A DNA stretch of 56,829 nucleotides, the filler included, from Sphacelaria rigidula (lineage: Eukaryota), in the NCBI GenBank assembly GCA_964200075.2. It is 7 parts of 7 records of this genome, joined end to end, with 100 filler letters (N's around TTAATTAATTAA, not from the genome) between each part and the next. Parts side by side here need not be neighbours in the genome. Positions count along the whole stretch, not along the records: positions 8,135 to 16,167 come from CAXNAA020012563.1; positions 16,268 to 24,300 come from CAXNAA020012564.1; 5 more parts are not named here. One strand, written 5' to 3'. Each line of letters starts with the position of its first letter. The first letter of the stretch is position 1. This document shows positions 11,501 through 23,676 of the stretch, one piece after another. A program made the position numbers and the translations under genes. The notes beneath the pieces were generated by a model, which ran no database searches, was not told the origin of the DNA, and saw nothing but the letters and a program-made list of their open reading frames with translations.

Positions 11501-12605
11501 CACCTGCCGGTTTGGTAGGGTTGGGGCGTCGGACAATCAACTTCTTGGGGTATCTACCTTCATGGCGGAGATGTTGGAGACCGTGGCTATTCTTCGCAGA
11601 GCTGGCAGGTGGGCCGTTCGAAATAGACAAAACGACGTCTGGCGTGGACCATTTCTCTCAGTTTCAATGTTCAAAACCATCGGAAGGAGGCAGCAGTATC
11701 GAAATGGGTACATTTACTTTATCGTTGTCGCCGTGCGTTGAAATTAGGGGCTCCCTGGTGATCGTGGACGAGTTGGGCCGGGGAACGTCGACTTGTGATG
11801 GTTTTGGAATCGCGTGGGCAGTTGCGCAACGGCTTGCTTCCTCTGGTGAGTGAAATGCGCCTGACATATCGTTCGCTTTCTGTGTCCATCGACATGAACA
11901 CGTATTTTTCCATGTGTTGACTACATAGTAGCGCCCCTTCTGATAATGATCCCGCATGTGTCACCCCGGTGTTGCGCGATACGCGACAGGTTGCCTTTGC
12001 CTGTTTGCCACCCACTTCCATGAGCTTACCGCGCTAGAGAAGAACGACGACGGCAATGGGGTCCAAAATTTGCACGTCACAGCGGAGGCAGACGTCAAGT
12101 CAAACAAGCTCACCATGCTGTATAAGGTAAGCCTTAATGCCAGTATACTCGGCAGGACGCATGGAATGGTTCGCGGAAGTCGGCCCAATAATTATGTGAT
12201 GTACTCCAGCACTACAGCGGAACTGATGAGCTACCTTGGATGCCCCATAATGTTTAGGTGGCTCCCGGATCGTGCGATCGTAGCTTTGGGATCCACGTCG
12301 CCCGCTTGGCTAACTTTCCAGCCCACGTGGTAGCTGACGCTGAGAGTATCGCTGTCGCCCTTGAGAGTGGGCAGCCCCTACAAGCTCACTTCGCAAAAAG
12401 TGGTGAACGGGATAGTGATGCTGCGCTGGAGCCTTCAGCATCACCACAGTCCTTACAACAAGAGCCTGTTCGCCCGGTAGGAGAGAGCAACGGCAAGCAC
12501 ACGTGCGTATCCACTGGAAGCGACAGGGGCAAGCGCAAAGTTCCGGACGATAGTCGACAAGAAGCGCGTGCATCTAGTAGTCCGCCGGAGAAGAGGTCTC
12601 GCTGA
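8504..12605 (+). CDS. MSH2: DNA mismatch repair protein MSH2 (MutS homologue), 3' part; exons 8504-8626, 8989-9074, 9377-9443, 9614-9721, 10023-10122, 10328-10454, 11519-11608, 11748-11845, 11990-12126, 12258-12605
   Basis: Exons splice in consistent phase to ...[155 protein letters not shown]. This gives Walker A and B plus the MSH2-type [12 protein letters not shown]. The 5' exons are absent (contig edge). Confidence 0.93.
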
Positions 12606-12871
12606 AAGGGCAACTGGAGCTGTAACTAATTTGTGTTCCGCTGTAGAGGACATGTGTGGAGGCCAGTTCTGGTATGATTACTTTTGCACTTGAATATCGC
12701 TCCTATGCATTGTTTTCAAATGCCCCACAGAGCTGCTGTGTTCGCGACTATCTATTGTAAATATAAATCGAATGAGACACATCGTGCCGGATGATGTGAA
12801 GTCCGATCGTTTGACAAATATGCTACATGTAGGACCCCAGGAGTTAAACCTAACAACCCCCGAACGACTTC

Positions 12872-13892
12872 TCAGCTTTCCCCACGCCACCGCCGCGTGT
12901 AGTCGGCAATGGCCTCAGCTCCTGCCGCGTGAGAATTCCCCTCAGGAACAGCAGCGGGGTAAGGCTTCTTATGACACCATAGCTGTGCTATGTATTTCTC
13001 TCTGGCTTTCTTCCCCTGCCCCACGGCCTCCCCGGCGTGTAACGTGCGGACATCAAATGGACTGCCCGGCTCTCCGCCGAAGGATGGGAAAAATACTAAA
13101 CATTTCCCCTTCTTTGGACGAACACGGAGAGGTCCCAAGTCACGGAATGCTGTCGCACCTCCAGCTTTTGCTTGCATGTTGGTGAGATAAACCTGTTCAT
13201 CGTCCAGTTTAATACGGATATGCACGTATTTAGTTAGCAACATCAGTGTTGCAACCTGACGCAAAGTCGCAGATATCGAGAAACAATATGTTCAGCACGC
13301 GCAACCCCACTTCTTTCAACACTACTCTAAAATGCAATGAGAGGTCACACACTAGTCGGTCAAGAGCAGGGGGTGCTCATCGATGACCATCCCCTGTTGT
13401 GAAGGCGCGCGGCCACGACACGCTCGAGCTTCTCACCAGAACAGTAGCAGTGCGCTGCCCGCCCTTGGATGCTCCAGTTTCGGACGGAGGAAGCGCATCC
13501 AAATGCCAGCTAAACTTCTCTCCCGGGCGGTACCGAACAGTTTGTGGTTCCTCCCAGAGCGATATGTCTTCAACACCTAAAAGCGCCGAGGCCTTCGCCA
13601 CTAATGCCGGTGCGCAAACGTAGTGATGAAACCACGTTGTTGATGTCCGCTGCTGTTGGAATTGCGACGCGGAGCTAGTGGTGGCGCTCCGAAGTTCCAA
13701 TGACCTCAGCGCAGCTTTTCGGCCTTTCGGTAGTTTCTCTGTGCTCATAGCGATATAGGCATCACACTCTTCCGGCGTGAAAAAGTTTTCCACCTCGAAA
13801 ACGACGGGGTCCGCGTGGAGGAGTCGTATGCCAGGAAACAGCTTTTCGTCGAACTGTGTAAAGCCGTGCTTTTCTTTTATTCGATTCACCGC
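12872..13892 (-). CDS. Prolyl 4-hydroxylase-like 2OG-Fe(II) oxygenase, last two exons (13892-13437, 13192-12872)
   Basis: LLHADPVVFEVENFFTPEECD..RTSTTWF..EEPQTVRYRPGEKFSWHLD..GGQRTATVL|VYL..GGATAF..VRPKKGKCLVFFP..TLHAG..KYIAQLW. Shows the HxD...H iron ligands and the 2OG-binding Lys. Intron is GTGAGA...CAG, phase 0. Upstream exon(s) not identified. Confidence 0.88.
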
Positions 13893-14800
13893 CTGGAAGG
13901 ATGAGAATTACAAGTACGACACAAGTTATCGGAGCAATTGCGGCGGCGCTGTACCACTGGCACAATTCAAAGCATGGCACAAATACTTTACAGAATTGAA
14001 GAGCTTGAAAGTCGCTTAAGAGGCTGGAACACCGCGCATGAACATAGAAGCACAACTCCAGCAAGACATGGCAAACTGCCTGAACTTTTTCTGGGTTTCA
14101 CCAATCTTCAAGAAATATGAGCGGTCTCCGAGAAAAATTCAAGTTTGGCCGAGAAAAAAAGTGCGGCCTGCGGAAAAACGCGCAGGTTTGCTGAAACCGT
14201 CTCGACGAGTACAACAAGATATTCCAAGGTGTCAAAGTTCTCCTCGCTTTCTGATATGGCGTGAAACGACGCAGAAACTTCACAAAGGCAATATTGCAGA
14301 TTTCAACTTTTGTTCACCATAAAAAGCGGCCTAAGGACCAATTTTTCACGAGGATGTATTTGACTCACGAAAAAAAATCAAGGCCTACTTTTTTTGTTTT
14401 CAGTATGCCCTCGCGGTTCTCCATGCAAAATAAAGCACAGCTGAAAAAACTGAGCTGGGAAACTTAGTCATGGCCCAAAAACAATGTCCGTTTTCCCTTA
14501 AATCGCCACGAAGAAATAAAAAAAACAATTTCAAGGAGCTAAAGATTTTTTTTCTGCTCTAGCGATTCTCCATACCAAATTCCAAAGCAAAACTCTCAAA
14601 AGCGAGACAGGGAATACGGATTTAGTGCATTCAGTGCCTCTGCTCGTAATACACTGAGTTTAGTATGGAATATCAAAATATTGCAGTATGTGGGCCATAT
14701 CTCTAGATACATGACGGATGAGGTGAAGGTGAGGCCATCAATCGTTTGCCCGTGCTCCAGAGAATGTTCAGATCACTTCTACTAGTCAGCAAACGGACTC

Positions 14801-15083
14801 TCTGAGAGCTGCCCTTTTCGAGCCGTTCATCGCGGACTTTTGGCGGAACACGGTCCTTGGCGGATTGGGCCCCTACTTCTTTCCGACAACTCGAAGACTT
14901 TTGGGGCGACCGAAAAAATCGGGAAATTCCGCCAAAAGGAGAACTGGGCGTATGAAAAATCGGAAACATGCGCTCGGATTCTCTTTGAAAGCATGGCAAA
15001 TATTTCAAATAAGATCCAATCCGCCAAGGACCGTATTCCGCCAAAAATCCGCTATGAAAGGCTAGAAAAGGGCAGTTCTCAGA
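14801..15083. repeat. Long inverted repeat (68-bp arms), probable MITE/foldback
   Basis: 14801-14868 versus 15016-15083 match at 62/68 as inverted repeats. Confidence 0.75.
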
Positions 15084-15535
15084 TAGGCTTTAGCTCCCTA
15101 GGCGCTCTCAAGGTTTAGCTTAATTTGTTATTTGGGTTTGAATGAGATATATTTTTTAAAAGCTTTCAACGATCTTGAAATTTCTGAGAAGCTTATAATG
15201 TGCTCGAAACGCGCATAAGATTGCGATAATTTTTTATGCGCCTCCTGCAGCCATTGTAGCAGCTGCCTGAAAGTACCCCATATGGGCCATCCTCGTCACC
15301 AGACAGGCTTCACTACTTCGAACTGCCACGGTTGCGGGTATGATGAAAAAACGTTCCGCTATATATTTCATTTATACGTGATACTATGTTGAATTGAAAC
15401 ATGTATCAAGATTTTGTGCGAAAATTGTACAAGGACTTAGGTGACCGGATCGGATACGCGGTTATGATCAAGTAGAATCGGAGCCGAAAGTTTGGAAATA
15501 AATCAAATGTCGACTGATGGTGGATGATGGGGGGG

Positions 15536-15600
15536 CGTACTCATTTGTTGCTTGCCTTAGTCATTTGACCATTGACCACGCATCCCTTTCGAGACGGAGC
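15536..15600 (-). mobile_element. 65-nt mini-retroposon (family A LINE 3' end) with perfect 18-bp TSD
   Basis: TGGTGGATGATGGGGGGG at 15518-15535 and 15601-15618. The body matches the 3' ends of the LINEs at 20585-20655 and 32311-32380. Confidence 0.88.
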
Positions 15601-16516
15601 TGGTGGATGATGGGGGGGGCTGGGGTGGTAGCTTGTAGCTTTCCGGGCGACAAGCTCAAGGCTGCAATATTCTGTGTCCAGAGGCTGCAATGCCCCACTG
15701 CTGTATCATGTATAATGAGTGTATCTGGTGGCATTTGTTGTTTCGATAGAATAGTCCATCAGGTGGTTTGGGGTGGCTTCTAAACTCAACGATCGAAGAA
15801 AAGTTCTATTTTTTCGATAAAAAACATGTTAAAAAACTTCGAATACCCAAATTGTCGTCTTCTCCTCATGCTGGAAGGCTCGCCTCGTGAGGAGATACTG
15901 CCACAACGCCACAAGAAGGACGGGAAGGGGGCGCAGGAAGTACGCATGTTTCGCTGAAAAAAGCTTGGAATGGGGCTTATAACAACAACAAAAACTTGAA
16001 TGTAGAAAGAAAATGGAGATTTTTGGCCCACGGATTGTTCACTTTTGGGACATTTGACCCATCTTTTGACCCACAAACAGGGAAAACCGCCAACACACGT
16101 CTCGGACACTTTGCATCGCCCCACAGAGAGGAGCCTAGTCTGCTATAGATTCGCTTGGCTCCGAGGTNNNNNNNNNNNNNNNNNNNNNNNNNNNNNNNNN
16201 NNNNNNNNNNNTTAATTAATTAANNNNNNNNNNNNNNNNNNNNNNNNNNNNNNNNNNNNNNNNNNNNCTTGTGCGTCTGGAATCGTTGGGAGACCCTGAA
16301 CCAGACAAAATTTCGCGAAAAAAGTGCACCCCTACCGTAGCACTACTCAAAACAAACAAACTATATGTTTGTGGCGGGAATCGAACCGGTATTTTTCGCA
16401 CCCTCATGGGGTGCATTGTGCCTTTGAATCGCCGAGGATATGAACTCACGATGCTTCGACGTAATAAATTTGATGCAATTTGTTTGCACTACTGGGAGAG
16501 CGAGGCGCGCGCGCGC

Positions 16517-16970
16517 GGGGGGGGTGTACTCATGATCTTGCATACCATAGTGATCACCATTAACCTCGCATCCCGACAAAGCCGGGACGGAGCACGCCGT
16601 GTTTTCGCCGAATCGGGCTCGCAACCAATCACCAACACGAAGCGCCATGATGTGTTCGGCGGATCGCATGAAAGGGTGAGCTACATCCTGCTGAGATTGT
16701 TCGGCTCGAAGCGTGCCGATTACCTTGCATATAGATGACAACCTCGAATAAGTTGCTGGGTTCTCTGATATCAACACTTCCAGAGATAGCCGCCGGTCAC
16801 ACTACTCATGTGTGTCTCACCATTCGAACACTACGCAGTACAATCATCTCCTTTGCGCCGAGTGAAGATTCTCCGCCCCGCACAAAATGATCTTACTCAG
16901 CCACCATCACGGTTTCCGCAGAACAACACAAGCGAGAAAAAAGAAAACGGAAACCTGGTTGCTAGCCCAC
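16517..16970 (-). mobile_element. 5'-truncated LINE-related element, family B, C-tailed
   Basis: Ends (sense) ...GCTCCGTCCCGGCTTTGTCGGGATGCGAGGTTAATGGT...CATGAGTACACCCCCCCC. Homologous along its length to 32805-33640. Confidence 0.7.
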
Positions 16971-17510
16971 CCAGAGTGGCGTGTTACACAGCGCCGTTGC
17001 CAACCGACGCCGACCTCTGACGGGAAGAGGGTGGCGCCATAGAAATTCACGAATGTTTGCAAAGGCCATTGATTGACTGGTCGATTGACCGTCTTATATC
17101 AAGCGATCCGTCATAAATCCACTCGTGGTCACACAATACCCGTAACCAAGCAATATACACAGATACGCTCGTTACAGGAAGCCAAGCAGAAGTAAGACAG
17201 AAGAGGAGCCCATGAGAAACAAAACAACGGTAAGAGAACTAACTGCCAACAACGAGGTGAATGACGGGAGACTTCAAACTTGAAACGTCCTTCTCGAAAA
17301 ACGACTACTAGGAGATACAAATCAAATGGTAACACGAACAGTATACGACCAATACCCGTTTTTCCGGTACACCTTCATTTTCGGGGTGGATATGTGGTAG
17401 CGCCATTGCTTGGGAGTAACTCTCATCCCACACGGTGGAAGAAGATAGATGCACAGGCGTATCTGGATTCTGCGCTGGCGATCAACAGCGACCCGACACG
17501 GCTATCCTTC

Positions 17511-17768
17511 CAAGGGCCCGCAGAGTTAACGATTCGTCTTGAAATTAGTTGGCTTTAGTCTAATTGATTCGTACCGTACGAATCAATCCTTGGGCTTTGT
17601 TTTCAGCGTTGCAACCCAGGTACGCGCAGCCCAGGCGCGTGGAATGATGCGAAAATAGCGTGGAGACCTTTTCGACCAGCGGTCAACTTTTCCCTCTCTT
17701 TCGAGCAATCGGGCTTGATATATCGTGGATTTGGTGATTCGAACCGGCGATAACTCGTGCGAAACTTG
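17511..17768. mobile_element. hAT-type MITE copy 2
   Basis: Homologous (inverted) to 4187-4445. Flanked by TATCCTTC (17503-17510) and CATCCTTC (17769-17776). Internal palindrome TTGATTCGTACCGTACGAATCAA. Confidence 0.8.
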
Positions 17769-19779
17769 CATCCTTCGAGCTCAACAAGGTTTGAATCAAA
17801 TATCGCGCAGTCTAGTAGAGGCACATGTGCAGCATGACAAGCGCTACGTAACAAGTGATTTGCCTTGGCAATGCAAGCAGGAACAACAACACCCTCCGAC
17901 TCCCTCACTCACCCTCACGAAGGCAGGGAACAGATGCAAGGCCCTGCCCAGCTCCATGATGAGAGACGCTAGGCCGCAATTGGCTATTAAAGTCCCGACG
18001 CACCGATGAGCCACGCCGTAGGCAATAAGCCGCCCGCACAGCGACCCCGTGCTCCCGACCCCAGTCGCGGCTACCTGCTCTCGTGCAGTACGGGTGGCAA
18101 AAACTCATGGGATGAAGAGAAGCAGCGTCGAATTTCATGCGCAACCAACCCTGTGTGCTGTACACATTTTTTTCCCAAGACGAGAGGGGGTGTGGGGGCG
18201 TGCAGACAACAGCTAGGTCATACGTTACTCCAGGGAGCAAGGGTCGTCAGCCCAGGGAGTAGCTACACGTTTGATATGCTTGACAAGGTATTTAATAAGA
18301 GAGGTTCCTCGAAGATGAGATCGAACAATAAAGTAAGGTTCAACCAAGACAATTCTCCCCTTGACCTTAAGTTATTACAATGACTCTCACAGAGACGACC
18401 TCATTACCCCCGACCTCCGTGAATCTGTGTTGGAGGTTGCCGTCTGCCGTTCCCTCAAACGGTGTGTGCGAAAGCACCTTCTTCAATCGATTTCGAGGGG
18501 GAAACATGGACGTTTTTTCACCTTAACAATGGTGATTTCGCACATGCTCTTTGGGGAAGGGGGCGATGGATCACAGGAGCCTCCGAAAAATAGGTTCACG
18601 GAAGTCGGGGGGGGAAAGGTCGTCGATGTCGAAGTCATTTGTCATGACTTTAAGTCAGAGAAAGCACTATTTTGCGGTTGAACTTCATCTTAATGTTCAA
18701 CCTCATTTCCAAGGAGACTGCTTCCACTGTAGGCTCATCACGAGCCCCTTCCGTTATTACCGATTTGCAAAGAAGCGTAAATAGAGGTAAGTCGCGTATG
18801 TGTTTTTTTTTTAACTTTTGTCCAAGGTTCCCGCAGAGGATAGTCTTGGTTGGGGATCGTCTCCAACCGCAACCATCGAATATAGCCAAGCTAACCGTCA
18901 CCAGCATGTAGGTGTTTCCAACGAGTAGGTACGTAGCACGTGTTTGAGGGATAATATGCCTAGTACACACGAATTGATAGAGGGAAGGCGGAAGGAAGAA
19001 AGCGTAAATTGAATGAAAAAAAAACGGCCCTCCGTGAGGGGGGGGGGGGGGGGGGTTGGGGTTGGGGTTTTCTTTGTTTCTGGGCGACCTGGGGTGGAGG
19101 AATGTTTTTTATGNNNNNNNNNNAGAAAAAGAAAAAAAAATAAAATAAAAGAAAGAAAAAAAATCGGGGCGGGGGGGGGGGGGGGGGGGGGGGGGCGTAG
19201 GTTTGCGGGATTCATTGTTTTCGTGCACCCCTGGGTTCACGGAATATTTTACTGAAAAACCACTGTGCAATATACCGGGAAATCTCGAGTTTGAGTTGAT
19301 TTTCTTCATGGGACATTGAGTGTCGTAAAGGATGAAGGCGGTGTTACAAGTAAGCCGGCTTCTCCTTTTGTATTCGTCCCAACTGAGGTGTCTGGGCGTT
19401 GCTGTTTCGCACTCATTCAAGAGTAAGAAACCGGCATCCAGCAAAGTAACAAACCGTACTTACGCTGTTGGTCACAATAACTACGCATCACATTGCCATC
19501 AAATGAGCAAAGTCGAGGAATCTACCCTGATTTCGCCTGAAACCAAAAAGACCGCACCGACGGTAATACAACATCAGTCCAGGGACTAATTCCTGACATA
19601 ACGCAGGTATACCGCACCATGAAAATTGAGGACCAATTACACAATCATGAGAAATATTTCTAGCGTCTCAAAATCCAGACCCGCATGACGGCCGAGGAAA
19701 TAGATAAGATATTGCTGATTGATCCTGATGATTCACTGCAGGTCATGAGGTAAAGACACAAGAAGTAATCTCAACTCAC

Positions 19780-20067
19780 CAGATTCACGTTCTTGGTGAC
19801 GTATGGAGGCCAATCCCGCCGCCATACCAAGTGCACAACAACCGCCAGCATCAACAGGTGGTGAACCGCCGTGAAGGCTAACATCGTGTAGTCTATCGCA
19901 TGTAACGACTCCCAGGGTTTTGGCCAGTAAGCCTGTCCTTCGTCACCCCCCATACCCAATCCTCGACTCAAATCCGTCCACAATGGCGATGGCACCGACT
20001 CAAAATCTCGGTGGTTGCGTTGGTGCAACGTAGAGTTGAGCTCGTTAGTATCTACTCCTCTCAACAT
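19780..20067 (-). CDS. Exon (probably first) of a putative membrane protein
   Basis: MLRGVDTNELNST...IDYTMLAFTAVHHLLMLAVVVHLVWRRDWPPYVTKNVNL followed by a GTGAGT donor. A hydrophobic helix is followed by a basic loop. Downstream exons not found. Confidence 0.55.
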
Positions 20068-20566
20068 GGAAGAAAAAAATCGCCGCTTGCATGGGAAGCA
20101 CCGCCGCCGTGAATCTTTCTAGCAAGGTCCGGATCGCCGTGGGTCTGATCAGAAGCGATCAGATTGAGCCTGATGTTGTGAAGGAAACAATCAACCGTAA
20201 AGACGCACACGATCACATTCAGACCGACCGTGGTCCGAGTAACCACAGAACCACTTGACGTACACACACAAATGACTCCTTGTGTCCACAGCACAGCCGT
20301 TTCTTGTGAAGTGTACCGCAGCCCAGCCCCGAATGCTGAAACACGACCGTTTGCTGCCCAGCATATGTGTCTTACAGATATCTTTGTCGACACCGGAAGA
20401 CCTGTCCTTCCGGTGAAACCTGATACAATATTAGCCGTTGGGAGGGACATGCGCGATAAGAGAAGAAACGACGTAAGCAATAGCACCCAAAATGAAGCCT
20501 AAGCAGGGCAGCGGGCAGAGGCGACGGATGTTTTTTGTGGTTGAGGTTGTATTGTTGGAGCGGGGG

Positions 20567-23500
20567 TGATGGGGGGTAGGAAGGGGGGCGTGCTCATTTG
20601 TTGCTTGCCTTCGTCTTTTGACCATTGGCCATGCGTCCCTTTCGAGACGAAGCGCCGTTCCCACTCCTAGTAGAGACACCTCCAACGTTTCGGTACTCAG
20701 TACGTTTCTTCGACACCTTACACAAAACCTTTTACACATATTTTCCCCGTTCTGTTTCGCCGTCTGTGGCCATTATCTATCTCCTATTATGTTCATCGTT
20801 TTCTCGCTACTGTCTAGATCTTTTGCATCAAACGATTCCATACCACCTCCGTTCACGTCCCGCATTTCCCCCTCTAGTACGTCCCGTTCCTTCTTGTAAA
20901 TATATAGTTCAAAATCTGCAACGTTATAAGTTCTACTCTCTATTGCTTCACCACAGTGGCAATTCTGTGCATCTACTTCCTCTTGCTCTCGACTACTGGT
21001 GTATATCTTTCTTCTTTCTGGCAGGTCAGGCAACCCGGAATCGCAGTTTGAATTTTTCCACACCGTCCATTGGGCCATGCAGATATTTTTCATCCCCATC
21101 CCCTCTCTCAAGTCCTCTTATATCTTCAGGTGCTCTTCGTCGTCTACTTTGCGTCTGGTCGCTTCGTTTACCCTTAATTCTATCATGTCTCTTACTCTTG
21201 TCTTGTACCTCGCGCCTTCACCTATGGACAGTATTTCGTCTTGGTTTCCTCCTATGTCCTCCCACCATAGAGCTACTTTCTCGACTTATCTATCCCACCT
21301 TACTCCAGTCTGCCCTTTCGTTACTTTGTTCCATACAGCTCTATCGACTATGGCTGACAATTCTTTCTCTGCATATTCTTTACGCTATATTTTGATCGTG
21401 TCTCATTATGTTGTAAATGGGTACATTCCCAACTCTGCTCTCAAAGCTGTATAACTCGTCGTTTTTCGAGCGCCCAAGTATTTCTCTGCTAATGCCATCT
21501 GCACTGTTTCCAACTTCTTCACCAACTTCACATTCCCCTCCCATACCTCTTGAGCATATTCCAGCTTTGATACAATCACGTTCAGCAGGATATATCTCTC
21601 AATCCTTGTACATGGATGCGAGTCCCTGAGGATCGCGTCCATCCTGCTCATCTGTGCCTTATCGTATTCTATTGCTTTATTTATGTATGCATCCCAAGAG
21701 CATTGGTTTTACATTCATCTGCGCCAAGGCCTGTATAATGGTCTACGATCGGCAGTTTCTCTTCTCCCCATTTCCATTTGAACTCTACCGGATTTTTCTC
21801 ATCTTCGTTACATACGAGTACCGCGCATTTGTTGACGTTCGCTGTCACTCTCCATCTCCCAGTGTATTCTAGCGCCTCCTCCATTTGTTTCTGCAGCCCC
21901 TCTGCTCTTCCTGAAATCCCCACAAAATCATTCGCGAACATCAATCCTGATACCATATCTTCACCCACCTTGACTCCTTGCTTTGCTGCTTGTATTGCTA
22001 TTATCAGGACATTCACATACCTTGAACAAAGTGGATGATAACGTACATCCTTCCGCGAGTCCTTGTAAGATATCAAAATACTGCGATGTTTCCTCGCCTA
22101 GCATCATAGCACTTTTGGCACATTCTGTCATCTCTTTCACCGTTCTCTACATATTTCCTCTGATCCCAGTTTTCCACAACTTCTTCCACAGGCCATTTCT
22201 CCATACCAAGTCATAGGCCTTTTGCGCGTCGAGTACATTGTCAGTCCGGTGTCTTTCCTGCCCTGAGTGAGCTTACTTAGTGCGTATACATGGTCTACGC
22301 AACTAAGGTTTGGTCCGAAACCTGCTTGCCCCTCGCTGATTCCTCTTCCGTCTCAATGCATCGTTCCTACTCTATCGTTCAGGATCTTACATAATGCCTT
22401 CCGTGCCGTGCTCGGTAGAGTTATTCTTCTATAAATTCCTAGGTTAGCCTTGTCTCCTTTTTTGAAAAGGTTGAATTTTTCTCCTTCTCTCCACCTCTTT
22501 GGTGTGTACTCGTTTTCCCAGATCCAGTTATACAGCATAACCATAATGGTCCTCATTTCCTCTCCCCCGTACTTTGAAAATTATTTCACTACTTCGTCTG
22601 CCCCTGCTGCGTTTCTGTTCTTGGGTTTAGCTACATACTCCTTCACTTCATCTCTAGCTAACTCTCTCTCTCTCTCTGCAGTTCTGCGGAACCACCATCC
22701 TCCCATTTTGACGCCTCTACACTTGCCTCTGCCCATGCGTTGATTTCTTCTTTGAATTACGTGTCGAACTTCGTGTTAGTTTGTTGTTGTTCCTAGTTTA
22801 CGGTAGTACTCTACTAGCACGTCTCTCTTCTCCTTTGAACTACTGACCATTTTGCCGTTCTGTGGGTGATGTGGCTATCCCCTTGTCTCTCTTTCATGCC
22901 TGGTTTCTCAGGATCCATTTATCCCTACCCACATTTGTTTCATTCCCCCAACGAAATCTTCAAATGTTTTATTCACTTTATCTTCCTATACTCCCTTCTT
23001 TTTCTTGTGTACCGTTTTTTTCACTTCCTGTCGAGCTTTAGTATACTCCTCCCATCCTGCCGTAGTTTTACTCGATATGCATCTTGCACGGGCCTCTCCC
23101 CTCACCTTTATAGCCTCTTTCACTTCCTCATACCACCATTTTACTGCTCTATTGCATACGATCAGTTTCTTCCCTATGACTTCACTCGATATGTTCTTGA
23201 TCAAATGCTCCCACACTTCTATAATCTTCGCTCCTGCCCGATTTCTTTCCATTTCGGTATCAACTGTACCTACGCGTTCCAGCAGTTTGGAAAATCTCAC
23301 TGCATCCTTGACCATCTCTTCTTGGAATTCTTGCGTTTTTTTTTCATTTCTAGTATATCCATCTCCATTTGTACAACTTCCCACCCCGCCTATTTCCTTT
23401 GCTCGTAGCTCTCGTCTGTAGGCTTTCTGTCCATATTAGGCAGTGATCTGTGGTTCTCACGTCCTCCGACCATACACGTACTTCCATTTATTTACTATTT

Positions 23501-23676
23501 TCATGCTTCACTATATAGTCGAGAACAGAGCATTTTCTCTCGTCTTTGCATATCCTAGTTCATGTCCAATGCGCCTCTGGCTATTGCGCTCTATCGTCCA
23601 GCGTCTTCATCTCGCTCTTTTCGAGGAACTTCAGCATTGCTACCTCATTCGTGTACGTTTTTTCTTCCCCGTATTG
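20567..23676 (-). mobile_element. Degenerate 5'-truncated LINE (family A: APE end, RT, C-terminal CCHC-type motif)
   Basis: Fragmented ORFs: NRAVKWWYEEVKEAIK, WENEYTPKRWREG..LFKKGDK..YRRITL, GLMFANDFVG (YADD equivalent), KLEYAQEVWEG, CHCGEAIESR. Many stops and frameshifts. C-rich tail. Candidate degenerate TSD 20549-20566 / 23671-23688 (14/18). Confidence 0.92.

Noticed and set aside
20625-21395. 256-aa plus-strand ORF (and similar ORFs at 22866-23421 and 30215-30763)
   Set aside because: Antisense frames of purine-rich LINE sequence.
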